This document shows, in pieces, positions 48,069-57,531 of a stretch of DNA of 64,000 nucleotides. The stretch spans positions 153,974-217,973 of the IMG/VR virus record IMGVR_UViG_3300022745_000017, one strand, 5' to 3'. Position numbers and translations under genes: made by a program. The notes below the pieces were generated by a model. The model was given only the letters and a program-made list of their open reading frames with translations. It ran no database searches and was not told the origin of the DNA. The number at the start of each line of letters is the position of its first letter. The first letter of the stretch is position 1.

Positions 48069-49046
48069 ATGCTGCACCCTAACGAAGACTTTGACCATAA
48101 ATCTCTTCCAGTATCCAAGCTGCGCTGGTACTCAAGAGCAGTAGCTGCGAACAATAAACCGATCAACTCAAATCTCCTAGAGGTCATCCCCTATGAAGAC
48201 ATGTCAGAGTTTGACGGACAAGCTACTGATAACTACGACGAGGTGACGACTGTTGCTAAAGATGTAGAGGGACGAGTCAAGTCAGTGACTTCCAAAGTCA
48301 CCTCTACCATCACAGCCGCTTGGCTGCCCATCAACAACGGCAACCGACTGACACCGCCTAATATCCAGCGCGGTGAGCGACTCATGATTTACCAGCTCGG
48401 TGACTCATCTCGGTACTTTTGGACAACACTCTACCAAGACAACCACTTGAGGCGCTTAGAGACTGTGATCTATGGGTTTAGTGCTACAGCCGATCACAAC
48501 GCTACACTCTCCGCAGACAACATGTACTTGTTTGAGATCAGCACGCACACAGGCGTCGTTGGTCTCTACACCAGTAAGGCCAATGGCGAAGCGTTTGCCT
48601 ATACACTCCAGCTCAATACCAAAGAAGGCTATTTCACCATCAAAGACGATGTAGGTAACTTCATCCATCTCAATAGTGCGGAGCAGCGTATTGAGTTCGG
48701 AAATGCTTCAAAGTCTTTGTTTGACATGATTGGCAAAAGCGCGAGCTTGACGACCTTGGATTCGATCAGCTTAAAGACGGGTGCTTACGACCTGGAATGC
48801 AAGAGCTACAACGTCACCTGTGCTGGTAGCTCGACACACAAGTCAGGCTCCTTTACGATAGACTCTACTTTGGTAGTGACAAAGCTCTTGACAGCCTCTG
48901 GTGGATTAGGAGTGACTCAGGGGCAGCCTTGCAGCCTACCTGGTGGAACCAGTGTCGGTGGTAGCATGAGTGTGAGCGGTGAGATACAGTGTACTGTGAG
49001 TAGAGCGACTGGAAACATGTACGCTAGCACTTTCATACGGACATAA
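48069..49046 (+). CDS. Baseplate central spike / Gp5-like protein (phiKZ gp164-like)
   Basis: AAWLP...NRLTPPNIQRGERLMIYQLGDSSRYFW, RRLETVIYGFS, beta-repeat C-terminus. Confidence 0.8.
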   Translation: MLHPNEDFDHKSLPVSKLRWYSRAVAANNKPINSNLLEVIPYEDMSEFDGQATDNYDEVTTVAKDVEGRVKSVTSKVTSTITAAWLPINNGNRLTPPNIQRGERLMIYQLGDSSRYFWTTLYQDNHLRRLETVIYGFSATADHNATLSADNMYLFEISTHTGVVGLYTSKANGEAFAYTLQLNTKEGYFTIKDDVGNFIHLNSAEQRIEFGNASKSLFDMIGKSASLTTLDSISLKTGAYDLECKSYNVTCAGSSTHKSGSFTIDSTLVVTKLLTASGGLGVTQGQPCSLPGGTSVGGSMSVSGEIQCTVSRATGNMYASTFIRT

Positions 49047-49052
49047 ACCGCT

Positions 49053-49090
49053 TATGCACTGGAGGGAGCTTTGGCTCCCTCCAGTGCATA
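49053..49090. terminator. Bidirectional hairpin
   Basis: TATGCACTGGAGGGAGC-TTTG-GCTCCCTCCAGTGCATA. Confidence 0.8.
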
Positions 49091-49092
49091 GA

Positions 49093-49737
49093 TTACGGTG
49101 TGACGTTTGCTGCGATATAAGCCGCCAGCACTGCGTTTTGCTGCTGGAGGTTAAGGACTTCTTGCTGTAAAGCTTGGATCTGTCCAACCATTGGTTTGGC
49201 AGCAGTGATCCGGGCTAAGCGAGCTGCTTCTAGTAAGGTGTGTTTGGCTTGACTCACCAGGTGAGGGGCTGAGTGGTTAGCGATCTTGACTTCGTTTTTG
49301 ATCCCTGTGCGAGAGAGTACGAGATCGGCGATATCAGCTTTCAAGCTGGTGAGGTTCATCGATTCGGGGATCGGTGAGAGCGCAATGCTCAAGATCAGAC
49401 ACGAGTAGACGACGGCATTGGCATTAGGAAAGCCAAGCAAGTAACTCGAAGGAAAGCTCACTGTCTTACCTGTAATCGCCTGAATACCGATGATGCAGTG
49501 ATTCAAAGCGACATCAGCTTGGTACTCTGTCTCACCTAAACCGTATGGGGTGTAGTAGAGCGCTTTGACATCCACGCCTTCTGCGATGAGGGAGTTGATC
49601 GTCTTGACAGATGTACAGCTGTACTCGACATTCGGGTTGACACTGGTGGTATAAGGTACTGCCAGTAACCACGAACCAGTCATTCCTGGGCGTGGCAAGA
49701 CTTCTGCTGGATCGGTCGCTAAAGAGTTCGTAGCCAT
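49093..49737 (-). CDS. Conserved phiKZ-like protein, putatively virion-associated
   Basis: PRPGMTG...YSC...YYTPYGL...YQAD...FPSSYLLGFP...ILSIALSPIP pattern; C-terminal coiled coil. Confidence 0.7.
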   Translation of the reverse strand: MATNSLATDPAEVLPRPGMTGSWLLAVPYTTSVNPNVEYSCTSVKTINSLIAEGVDVKALYYTPYGLGETEYQADVALNHCIIGIQAITGKTVSFPSSYLLGFPNANAVVYSCLILSIALSPIPESMNLTSLKADIADLVLSRTGIKNEVKIANHSAPHLVSQAKHTLLEAARLARITAAKPMVGQIQALQQEVLNLQQQNAVLAAYIAANVTP

Positions 49738-49777
49738 TTCTTATTTCCTGGTAAATGTGAGGGTAGTGGTCAAATAA

Positions 49778-49807
49778 TTGACAAAACGCTCGCGTCGGTG
49801 ATATAAT
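49778..49807 (+). promoter_or_regulatory. Consensus host sigma70 promoter with extended -10
   Basis: TTGACA (49778-49783), 18-nt spacer, TGa-TATAAT (49802-49807); extra TTGACA at 49820 and 49855. Confidence 0.7.
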
Positions 49808-49895
49808 AGAATTCATTCTTTGACACAGGGTATGTTTATCTATGTCGTTTGGGATTGACAACTTTATTTTTCTTCCTTAAAGAGGAGTGTTTTTC

Positions 49896-50360
49896 ATGGA
49901 GCTTATTAAGACGCTTGTGTTCTTGTTGTACTTTTTCTTTGAGTCCATCTTTGGTAAGGGCCCACAAGAGGAAAATAAGACACCATTTATCAAGCGGGTA
50001 CTGGCAACCAAGTGGATGCGTTTGGTGTTGATTGCGATCATCGTGTCTTCGCTCATCGTTAACTACGTTTTGATGCAAAAGACTTATCAACTCGCCAAGC
50101 AGCAAGTAGCGCTTAACAAAAAGCTCACTGAGCTCTCGCAGCGCCCGATTCTCCCACCCGATCCCCCAGCACAACCCCCTACATGTGTCCCAGCACCACA
50201 ACCACCCAACAGACCTACTCAGAGCCAAAAGACCAAACCCAAAACCAGCCATCAGCAAAGGCCTTTGACAGCCGACGAAGTCAACCGAGCCTTACAAGAA
50301 CTCGCTAAACCAATCCCTATTCAACCCGAAGGATCAAAATCATGGTCAAACGAATGGTAG
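49896..50360 (+). CDS. Inner-membrane spanin (Rz-like)
   Basis: GAGGAG SD; TM segment LVLIAIIVSSLIVNYVLM, coiled coil, Pro-rich stretch; overlaps a downstream lipoprotein gene. Confidence 0.7.
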   Translation: MELIKTLVFLLYFFFESIFGKGPQEENKTPFIKRVLATKWMRLVLIAIIVSSLIVNYVLMQKTYQLAKQQVALNKKLTELSQRPILPPDPPAQPPTCVPAPQPPNRPTQSQKTKPKTSHQQRPLTADEVNRALQELAKPIPIQPEGSKSWSNEW

Positions 50361-50572
50361 CCATTGCCCTTGCCTGCACTTTGTTTAACGGCTGCGCTAT
50401 CCACGCGCAGTTTGTTGACAACCATAAGGGCTGTGCCGGCATGCCCGTGGAGGACATCCCTAACCCTCCGACGATTACCACTAAAGAGCCGATCGAAAAG
50501 CAGTTGACGGACTACATCAAGGTACTGCGAGCTTACGTGGTTCGTATCCGACAAGCCGCTGAGTGCAATTAA
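50342..50572 (+). CDS. Outer-membrane spanin lipoprotein (Rz1-like)
   Basis: MVKRMVAIALACTLFNG-C signal with lipobox; Pro-rich mature part; overlaps the i-spanin 3' end. Confidence 0.75.
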   Translation: MVKRMVAIALACTLFNGCAIHAQFVDNHKGCAGMPVEDIPNPPTITTKEPIEKQLTDYIKVLRAYVVRIRQAAECN

Positions 50573-50649
50573 GAAAACAAGTTTGTGCCAGATCTATGAG
50601 TCGCCTCACAAACTGGCACAAACTTCTGTTTTTAACTACCAGGTAACTT

Positions 50650-52245
50650 ATGTCAAAGAAATCTACCAAGACCGTCAAGGTCGCTGAAATCAAAGTCCCA
50701 CACGGGATGGTTGTCTATACAGACGGCGGTGCACGCCCTAATCCAGGTTACTGCGGTTGGGGAGCCCATGGCTACATCTACACCAAAGAAGAGCCCAAGA
50801 AGGGTAATGGCCATACCACCCAGAAGTTAACGAAGACGGGCTATAAGCCTAAGGCCAAACCCAAGGGCACGGAAGAAGATCAAACAGCAGATCAGGATGA
50901 TACACCTGAAGTCAAAGAAGATCCCAAGATCAAAGAAGTTGAAGTCATCAACTATTGGGACGTGACAGGCGGTTTGACTTATCCTGCAACTAACAATGTC
51001 GCAGAGATCATTGCTGCACATCGCTCGCTCATGAAGGCTAAAGAGCTGGGCGTCAAAGAAGTCATTGTGATCGCTGACTCACAGCTGATTGTGAGCTGCA
51101 TCACAGGCTGGCTTGACAACTGGGAGCGAGCAGGATGGAAGAAGTCCAATGGTCAGCCGGTTTCCAATCCAGAATACCTCAAAGACTTCAAGCAAACCAT
51201 CGATGAGCTCAAAGCCAGTGGATGTAAGGTCAAGGCTGACAAGATCGAAGCCCACCAAGGCCTACCTGGTAACACCCAGGCAGATCAGTACGCAACCATC
51301 GGTGTCAAAGAGATCGCCAAGCGCTACCCCAGCCTGAGTGATTTCATGAAGACCACCCGACCCGCTACAGAAGAAGTCGCTCACTTTAGCATGGCGACGC
51401 TCTCTCCTACTCAAGGGTATTGGAATCCTGTCAGTGACCGACACGCTCTTTTGAGTCTGCCGGGGATGGTGTTTTGGACAAACCCCGCGAAAGTTACACG
51501 CGGAGAGTACTACATGTGCAACCAGTTGAAAGACGAGCACATGTATGGCAGCAAAAACGCTGATGCAGCAGGTGGGTACGTCCAGCTCAACACACCCATC
51601 GAAGAGCTTGAGGAGTTGCGAGAATGGCATATCGATCGCTGCTATGGCAATGACTCCGTTGTGGTCGCCTACGTGCATAAGCTCTATGAGCCAGCTTACT
51701 TGAGAGCCCAGGGTTTGTTTGGTGACAAGTGCATTGAGAAAGACCCAGACAGTGTCTCACAGGTCTTTATTGACGGCACCACCACAGGAACGCGTATCAG
51801 CTCTGAGTGCAAGCCATGGCGACAAAGTGTTCGACTCATTGAGCATGTCAATGAACTCAAGGGCTTGCTCTTATCTCAGCAAGAAGGCAACACCAATGCG
51901 GTGACCGTGACTGACATCACTTCAACTGTTTTTGATACAGGTGAGAAAGGCTTGGTTCTCAAGCCCTTCATTGTTGTCGGCTTGTCTACAATCGAGTGTG
52001 TAGGTAAGTACCGAGTGAGCAACGACAGCCAAGAGCTGCGCGACATCAAAGTGAGTTTGTGCATGGGTGTTGACATGGTCATGCGACCCACACTCAAGAA
52101 AATGGAAGCGACAAACTCCCAGATTTTCTTACTGACTTGGAAAGAGAGTGAGAAGATGGTTCGCTGGGCTACGGTGATTCGACTGGCTGACGAAGGCTGG
52201 GGCATTTGGTCAGCAGCCCACTCAAATGTCATGTTCGTGGAATAA
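50650..52245 (+). CDS. RNase H (phiKZ gp155-like, with a long C-terminal extension)
   Basis: YTDGGARPNPG, NNVAEI, IADSQL, AHQGLPGNTQAD. Confidence 0.92.
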   Translation: MSKKSTKTVKVAEIKVPHGMVVYTDGGARPNPGYCGWGAHGYIYTKEEPKKGNGHTTQKLTKTGYKPKAKPKGTEEDQTADQDDTPEVKEDPKIKEVEVINYWDVTGGLTYPATNNVAEIIAAHRSLMKAKELGVKEVIVIADSQLIVSCITGWLDNWERAGWKKSNGQPVSNPEYLKDFKQTIDELKASGCKVKADKIEAHQGLPGNTQADQYATIGVKEIAKRYPSLSDFMKTTRPATEEVAHFSMATLSPTQGYWNPVSDRHALLSLPGMVFWTNPAKVTRGEYYMCNQLKDEHMYGSKNADAAGGYVQLNTPIEELEELREWHIDRCYGNDSVVVAYVHKLYEPAYLRAQGLFGDKCIEKDPDSVSQVFIDGTTTGTRISSECKPWRQSVRLIEHVNELKGLLLSQQEGNTNAVTVTDITSTVFDTGEKGLVLKPFIVVGLSTIECVGKYRVSNDSQELRDIKVSLCMGVDMVMRPTLKKMEATNSQIFLLTWKESEKMVRWATVIRLADEGWGIWSAAHSNVMFVE

Positions 52246-52313
52246 AACCACTCTTATGAGCGCTGGACTTGCGCGACGAATTTCTCACCCCTCACCCTAC
52301 AGCGGAGTCAAAC

Positions 52314-52712
52314 ATGTTGGCCCTTTCTTTCATTCACACACTGTCTCAAGCAGCTTTGTCTAAGTTGTTCAATGAGCGCTTGAAAAAGACCATTTTCCTA
52401 GCTTCCCTAGCTGGAGTCATCGCCAAGCAACCAGCCGATGAAGTCACGACAGTTGGACGGATCTCTGAGATCTTTGACATTGGCATGCGCCCTTATAGCC
52501 TCAGAGGGCCGTACCGCATCCACACGGTGATTTGGGGAGATAATACCCGAACCATACGGGCGAGTTGTCAAGATCCACAGTCAGCAAGCGATGCTTCACT
52601 CAAGCTCATCGCTGACAAGATTTTGCAAGTCACACCCGGTTGGTTGCGATACGCTTCGCAACCTGTCATGCACGCCGATGTCGTTCGCTTGATTAGCTTC
52701 AAAGCTCGCTAA
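52314..52712 (+). CDS. Hypothetical protein
   Basis: ATG 52314 with GGAG SD, in frame with track ORF 52269. Confidence 0.65.
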   Translation: MLALSFIHTLSQAALSKLFNERLKKTIFLASLAGVIAKQPADEVTTVGRISEIFDIGMRPYSLRGPYRIHTVIWGDNTRTIRASCQDPQSASDASLKLIADKILQVTPGWLRYASQPVMHADVVRLISFKAR

Positions 52713-52713
52713 A

Positions 52714-52751
52714 GGTACACTGGGGACTGGCTAGCCAGTCCCCAGTGTACC
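52714..52751. terminator. Perfect 38-bp palindrome, bidirectional
   Basis: GGTACACTGGGGACTGGCT|AGCCAGTCCCCAGTGTACC. Confidence 0.8.
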
Positions 52752-52759
52752 CAAGTGTT

Positions 52760-53605
52760 TTACTTGTGGATTTTCATGAGCGTTTTACCCAGCTCTTCGA
52801 CACAGTTGACCAAGGCCAAGACTCGGTAATGTGTCAGGCTATAGAGCTCGATTTCTTTGGCCACTTGCTGAGCGCCTTCGGAGAGATAGAGCGCAAACTC
52901 GTGACTGGCTTTCTTGTCATCACTGGTTGCTAAGTTCTCCATCAGCACATCCAAGTAATCGGCAGCTTGGCGAACGAGCTGCTTGACTTGCTGTGGCGTA
53001 ATAGAGTTGATCCCATCAGAGCACTCCTTGGCCAAGCGGTAGATCTCAGGCAGCTCAGCGTTACGGGAGATCACATCACCCAGACGTGTATAAGCCTGAT
53101 TGGTTTTGCCAAAGCAGTCAGTTACTTGCTTGATGATGGCTTCTCGGTTTTCTTCGAGTTGTGCGTACTTCTTGGTGTCAAAGCTCGACGCCAGACGAGA
53201 GCCGTCATGTCCGGCCACTTGAGCCAAAAAGCTAACGTAAGGCTGAAGTACATCATGATAAGCTCCTTGAACGTGTTTGACCATAGCTAGCTGGGCTTGT
53301 AGGGCTTGCAGCAGCGTTTTCTCCAAGCCTTGCGGGACTTGAATTTTGATGTGGCGAATCTCCATGTAGGTATTTCGCTCAGCGATGTCGATGACCTTGG
53401 ACTGATCGGCCAAGAGTCCTGCACTGGCCACAGGCTTTTCATCCTGGATGAAACCAAACATCTTCGAGAAAGCTCCTCGGATGTTGGGCAGGGCTTCCAT
53501 CAACTTAGCAGCGATGGGTTTTAGGTTGAAAGACTCCAGCGCCAAAAAGTCGCGTGTCAGGGCGGTCGTCGTAACGAAATCAGCGGGCATTTTAAGCTCC
53601 TTCAA
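52760..53605 (-). CDS. Head-associated protein (phiKZ gp153-like)
   Basis: N-terminal LALE|S site; YMEIRHIKIQVPQGL; divergent from UvsX. Confidence 0.65.
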   Translation of the reverse strand: MKELKMPADFVTTTALTRDFLALESFNLKPIAAKLMEALPNIRGAFSKMFGFIQDEKPVASAGLLADQSKVIDIAERNTYMEIRHIKIQVPQGLEKTLLQALQAQLAMVKHVQGAYHDVLQPYVSFLAQVAGHDGSRLASSFDTKKYAQLEENREAIIKQVTDCFGKTNQAYTRLGDVISRNAELPEIYRLAKECSDGINSITPQQVKQLVRQAADYLDVLMENLATSDDKKASHEFALYLSEGAQQVAKEIELYSLTHYRVLALVNCVEELGKTLMKIHK

Positions 53606-53755
53606 GAAGTGGGTTTACAAACGCCTATTTTTACACTAGGCATCTATAGAAATTGATATGTGATTGCTTTATTATTCTCCGTAGAGATAGATATGTAGGC
53701 CTTGTGCAGTGGCCTGGTCTATCTCTTTTAATCTCTAACATCCAGGAAAAGCCAA

Positions 53756-55270
53756 ATGGCCCACCAAATGCGCCCCAATTTCGAAGCGATCCCAGCCATC
53801 AAGGCAGCGACGAACGTAGGGGCTCTATTCGACATCCCCACAGGCAAGTATTACCTAGGACGCCACGGTGAGTCCTTGCTCAATGCAGGTGTCGGCTTGA
53901 TCACAGGGATCGTTGGTAAGGGAAACCGGTTTAAGTCGACCGTGATGAACTACCTCATCATTCGTATCTTAGACACCTTCCCCGAAGCACTGGCTAACAC
54001 ATATGACACCGAGATGAACATCCAGGAGCAAGAACTCCTGCGACTCATTGTGCGACAAGGACTCAACCCAGAAGACTTCTTCAACCCTGATGGTCTTGAT
54101 CGCTGGCTGATTACCGACAAGACTCGCTACTGGGGCGATCAGTGGTTTGCTCTGCTCAAAGAGTTCTTTGAGGACAAGGAAAAGAATCTCAAGCAATGGC
54201 TGCGCCAATCTCCGTTTCTTGACCGAGACCGCAAAACCCTTTTGATGCTGCCCGTGCCAACCGTCTCAGCAGCCGATAGCTTTTCTGAGATGATGACCTC
54301 TGATGTGGTCAAGATGATCGATGAAAATGATCTTGGCGAGAAAGGCGGCAACACCCTTTACATGCGCCAAGGATTGAGCAAGAAGCGCTTCTTGAGCGAG
54401 ATCCCTGTGTGGGCTGCACGCATCAACAATCCGATCTTCTTGACCTCGCACATTGGCAAGATGTCAACGATCGATCAGCCCATGCACGCAGCGCCCGAAA
54501 AGCGCTTGCAGTACATGACTGCCGGCGATGACCTCAAGGGCGTCACAGGTAGCTTCTCTTACCTCACCACATTTTGCATCCAGTGTGTTGAAGCTTCACC
54601 GATGTATGACACAGCAGCTAAGACCTGCACCTATCCGCGCAGCACCGATGACACGATGGTCAAAGATACTGACCTCAACGAGCTCTCGATCATCTATCTG
54701 CGCAACAAGTTCGGTCGCTCAGGAGTGACAGCCAAACTGATCGTGAGCCAAACAGAAGGCGTGCTGCCTAGCTTAACAGAGTTTGTCTACACCAAGACCA
54801 ACGATAAGGACTATCGCTGGGCATTTGTTGGTAATGACAAGTCCTACCAGCTTTGCTTCTTGCCCAAGGTCAATCTGCAACGCACATCGGTGCGCACCAA
54901 GCTCGACACCAATAGCCGCCTGCGCCGTGCTATGCTTTTGGCCAGTGAGATCACCCAGATTCGCTGGCTCTGGCAAGGTATCGATGCCAAGTACAAAGTA
55001 TCGCCTCAGCAGCTCTACACTGATTTGGTAGCTATGGGTTATCAGATGGATGAGCTGCTTGACACCCGCTCACACTGGACGTTTGATAACGATACCACTG
55101 GCTTGCCGTATCTCTCAACCATGGACCTGCTGCGCATGCGCACCAAAGAGTACCACCCCTTCTGGATGAAGCGCAAACCTGACGATGCTTTTGTATCGAT
55201 GGACGGTTTGTCTATTCCGTTGAAGAGCGCCATCATCACCGCTGACACCAAAGAACTGATCGCAGCTTAA
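53756..55270 (+). CDS. uvsX: UvsX/RecA-like recombinase (phiKZ gp152-like)
   Basis: NVGALFDIPTG, variant Walker A GKGNRFKST, YDTE, DSFSE, TSHIG, RNKFGRSG, IVSQTEGV. Confidence 0.88.
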   Translation: MAHQMRPNFEAIPAIKAATNVGALFDIPTGKYYLGRHGESLLNAGVGLITGIVGKGNRFKSTVMNYLIIRILDTFPEALANTYDTEMNIQEQELLRLIVRQGLNPEDFFNPDGLDRWLITDKTRYWGDQWFALLKEFFEDKEKNLKQWLRQSPFLDRDRKTLLMLPVPTVSAADSFSEMMTSDVVKMIDENDLGEKGGNTLYMRQGLSKKRFLSEIPVWAARINNPIFLTSHIGKMSTIDQPMHAAPEKRLQYMTAGDDLKGVTGSFSYLTTFCIQCVEASPMYDTAAKTCTYPRSTDDTMVKDTDLNELSIIYLRNKFGRSGVTAKLIVSQTEGVLPSLTEFVYTKTNDKDYRWAFVGNDKSYQLCFLPKVNLQRTSVRTKLDTNSRLRRAMLLASEITQIRWLWQGIDAKYKVSPQQLYTDLVAMGYQMDELLDTRSHWTFDNDTTGLPYLSTMDLLRMRTKEYHPFWMKRKPDDAFVSMDGLSIPLKSAIITADTKELIAA

Positions 55271-55287
55271 CACTGGAGAAAACCACC

Positions 55288-55650
55288 ATGAAACCCTTTC
55301 AAATCAAAGACAGCAATAATCCCTTGGCCAAAATGCCCAACGTGTTCTACGGTGAGCGCAAAGAAGGTGAAGACAACTTGATTGCCAACATCCGTGATTT
55401 GCTGGATAGTGAAAACGTGCAGGCCACCGTCATCGAGGGCTTTTTGAATGACCCAGAAATCGTCCAGGCTGAAAACGATCCGGCGCGCTTGCAGCGCAGT
55501 GTGATCAACAGCTATTGGCGACGTAAAATCGGTGCTCGTAAAGGCGTCATAGATGCCATGAAAGCACTCTCGGAGTTTACCGCTGTCTCCGATGCAGTGT
55601 GGCGACTGGAGTTCCAGCGCTATGTCATTCCAGTCATCAAACAAATCTGA
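55288..55650 (+). CDS. Conserved hypothetical protein
   Basis: 120-aa ORF with GGAG SD, downstream of UvsX. Confidence 0.75.
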   Translation: MKPFQIKDSNNPLAKMPNVFYGERKEGEDNLIANIRDLLDSENVQATVIEGFLNDPEIVQAENDPARLQRSVINSYWRRKIGARKGVIDAMKALSEFTAVSDAVWRLEFQRYVIPVIKQI

Positions 55651-55651
55651 G

Positions 55652-55672
55652 TAAAACTCAGTCCTATATCAC
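55652..55672 (+). promoter_or_regulatory. Putative early promoter motif
   Basis: TAAAA-N7-CTATATCAC(CC). Confidence 0.5.
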
Positions 55673-55681
55673 CCTCTTGGA

Positions 55682-55719
55682 CTACAGCAGCAGACAGCCA
55701 ACACTGTCTGCTGCTGTAG
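55682..55719 (+). terminator. 16-bp stem hairpin
   Basis: CTACAGCAGCAGACAG-CCAACA-CTGTCTGCTGCTGTAG. Confidence 0.55.
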
Positions 55720-55751
55720 CATCTATGGCCCCTCTATCCAAGGAGTTCCAA

Positions 55752-55946
55752 ATGAAACAACTACCCTGTGACATGGCTGATCAGATGTTAGAGATCGTGG
55801 TAGCGGCAATCGCCTGTAGCCGAAAGTCGGTTTACGAACAACGCACTGTCCACAATGCTTCAACCAATGACACGCTCCTCACCGATGAACAGGCAGAAGC
55901 GTGGTTGCAAGCTGAATGGGCTCGACAGCAAGCACCGAAAGACTGA
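55752..55946 (+). CDS. Small hypothetical protein
   Basis: ATG 55752 with AAGGAG SD (MKQLPCDMADQ...). Confidence 0.65.
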   Translation: MKQLPCDMADQMLEIVVAAIACSRKSVYEQRTVHNASTNDTLLTDEQAEAWLQAEWARQQAPKD

Positions 55947-56018
55947 TGTCATTTTGTGTCACAGGTACTCACTGGGCTAGTCCCAATAGTGAGTACCTAT
56001 TTTTCTTTTGGGGTCATC

Positions 56019-56300
56019 ATGTCTTTATTTTTTAACTTCCCTGGCGCAGGCTACTACGCCTTCAAAACCCAGAACATGACAGCCGAGGAATCCTGGGCAA
56101 TCGTTCCGATTGATTATTGGATGAATAACAGGCATTTGAAAGATGGTCATGCTAACGTCGAAATCAATGGCATGGAAGAAGTGATGGATCATGTGTATCA
56201 AAAGACGCAAATCGCTAAAAGCTTAGATGCAGCAGCCCTGCTCACCCAGGCAGGATTTACCATCATTGACAATCCCTTCATTACACACAAGGCAGAATGA
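56019..56300 (+). CDS. Small hypothetical protein (virion-protein-like)
   Basis: ATG 56019 (MSLFFNFPGAGYY...); ATGA overlap with the RNAP gene. Confidence 0.65.
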   Translation: MSLFFNFPGAGYYAFKTQNMTAEESWAIVPIDYWMNNRHLKDGHANVEINGMEEVMDHVYQKTQIAKSLDAAALLTQAGFTIIDNPFITHKAE

Positions 56301-56998
56301 CCATGGTCACCGGTGATAGAAAAGCAGCAGAAAAAGAACTCATCTACGTCATCAACAAAATCTGTAACGACGGAGGCAAAAATGCCGAAATCTATAACCA
56401 GATGTTTGCTAATCTGGATGACGAGGAGTTTGAAGAGTACATGAAGTCGATCGACGGGGATAATCGGTACTTGGTAGTTTACGAGCCCAATATGAGTGGG
56501 GCTCCGATTGACCCGGTGCGCAACGTCGAGACTGCACGGGAGTGGGGGTATGAGTTTTACCAAAACATCCATGTCCCGGCTATCGGTGGTATGCCAGCTT
56601 ACGTGACACCTATCAAGTACCTCGTGGGGGACTCACCTCTGCGCCGTCAAGCACAGCTACTGGCCAAGAAGATCTCTGTGCCAACGCATAACCGAAGTGT
56701 CGATGACATGACGGGACAGCCTACAGGTGATTCTAAGGGCAGTAAGGTCAGCAATACGGAAGCAGGTATCTTGGGAGCTCGTGAGGACGATGACGCGCTC
56801 CTAGAGCTGTTTAAGTACCGTGGTGGAGATACTAAGGGCTTTAGAGCGATGAATATGCAAGCTGAGCGCTCGGGTCGGGTAAGTTTAAAGAGTATCGCCC
56901 CATTTGCTGGTGGTGTTAAGTCAACACACACTGTGTATGTCTATTTGTCTGGCATGCACTTGCAAAACACTCTCAAACAATCGGCAACAGATGCGTAA
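56297..56998 (+). CDS. Virion RNA polymerase beta subunit, C-terminal fragment (phiKZ gp149-like)
   Basis: PLRRQAQLLAKKISVP...RSVDDMTGQPTGDSKGSKVSNTE aligns with beta-subunit RSTGPY...TQQP...GQRFGEME; ELFKYRGGD. Confidence 0.88.
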   Translation: MTMVTGDRKAAEKELIYVINKICNDGGKNAEIYNQMFANLDDEEFEEYMKSIDGDNRYLVVYEPNMSGAPIDPVRNVETAREWGYEFYQNIHVPAIGGMPAYVTPIKYLVGDSPLRRQAQLLAKKISVPTHNRSVDDMTGQPTGDSKGSKVSNTEAGILGAREDDDALLELFKYRGGDTKGFRAMNMQAERSGRVSLKSIAPFAGGVKSTHTVYVYLSGMHLQNTLKQSATDA

Positions 56999-57530
56999 TC
57001 TCAGGAAACCCCCAGAGGCCACCGCGACCAGCCTCAACCCAAAAGACTATCCAGATCACCGCATTTGCGTAGCTGGGTCCCGCTCATGGAAGCCTACTCT
57101 TGAAAACAAGCTCCGCTTTCACGATGAGATTTGTGACCTACTAGAAGACATCAAGTCTTACGATCCGCAAGGTGGGGTCTTGTTCGTCAGTGGTGCAGCG
57201 CCTGATGGAGCTGATCGCATGATCATTGAGTGGTGTCATCGCTGGGGGTATCCTTGCATCGAGATGCCAGCGATGTGGAATGATTACCGCGAGTTCGCTG
57301 AGCGCACCGGTAAGAAAAACCCCGCAGGTATGCTCAGAAACCGACAGATGCGAGATGTCATCACGTACTTGTTGGCGTTCTATGACGGAGTGTCAAGGGG
57401 TACAAAAGACATGATTGACATCTGTAGCGAGTCAGGACAAACGATCCAAGTCAAAACAATCGCTGTGCAACCCACGCCCAGTGACGCAGTGATCTGTCCG
57501 GGACGTGTACGCATTATAGAGAAAGCTTAA
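56991..57530 (+). CDS. SLOG-superfamily (YspA/DUF2493-like) protein
   Basis: RICVAGSR, VSGAAPDGAD, AGMLRNRQM, LAFYDGVSRGTKDMI; ATG 56991. Confidence 0.88.
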   Translation: MRNLRKPPEATATSLNPKDYPDHRICVAGSRSWKPTLENKLRFHDEICDLLEDIKSYDPQGGVLFVSGAAPDGADRMIIEWCHRWGYPCIEMPAMWNDYREFAERTGKKNPAGMLRNRQMRDVITYLLAFYDGVSRGTKDMIDICSESGQTIQVKTIAVQPTPSDAVICPGRVRIIEKA

Positions 57531-57531
57531 C

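Noticed and set aside
23241-55270. Non-canonical Walker A motifs in DnaB (ALQHRYKT) and UvsX (GKGNRFKST) as signs of inactivation
   Set aside because: These variants are characteristic of phiKZ-like homologues
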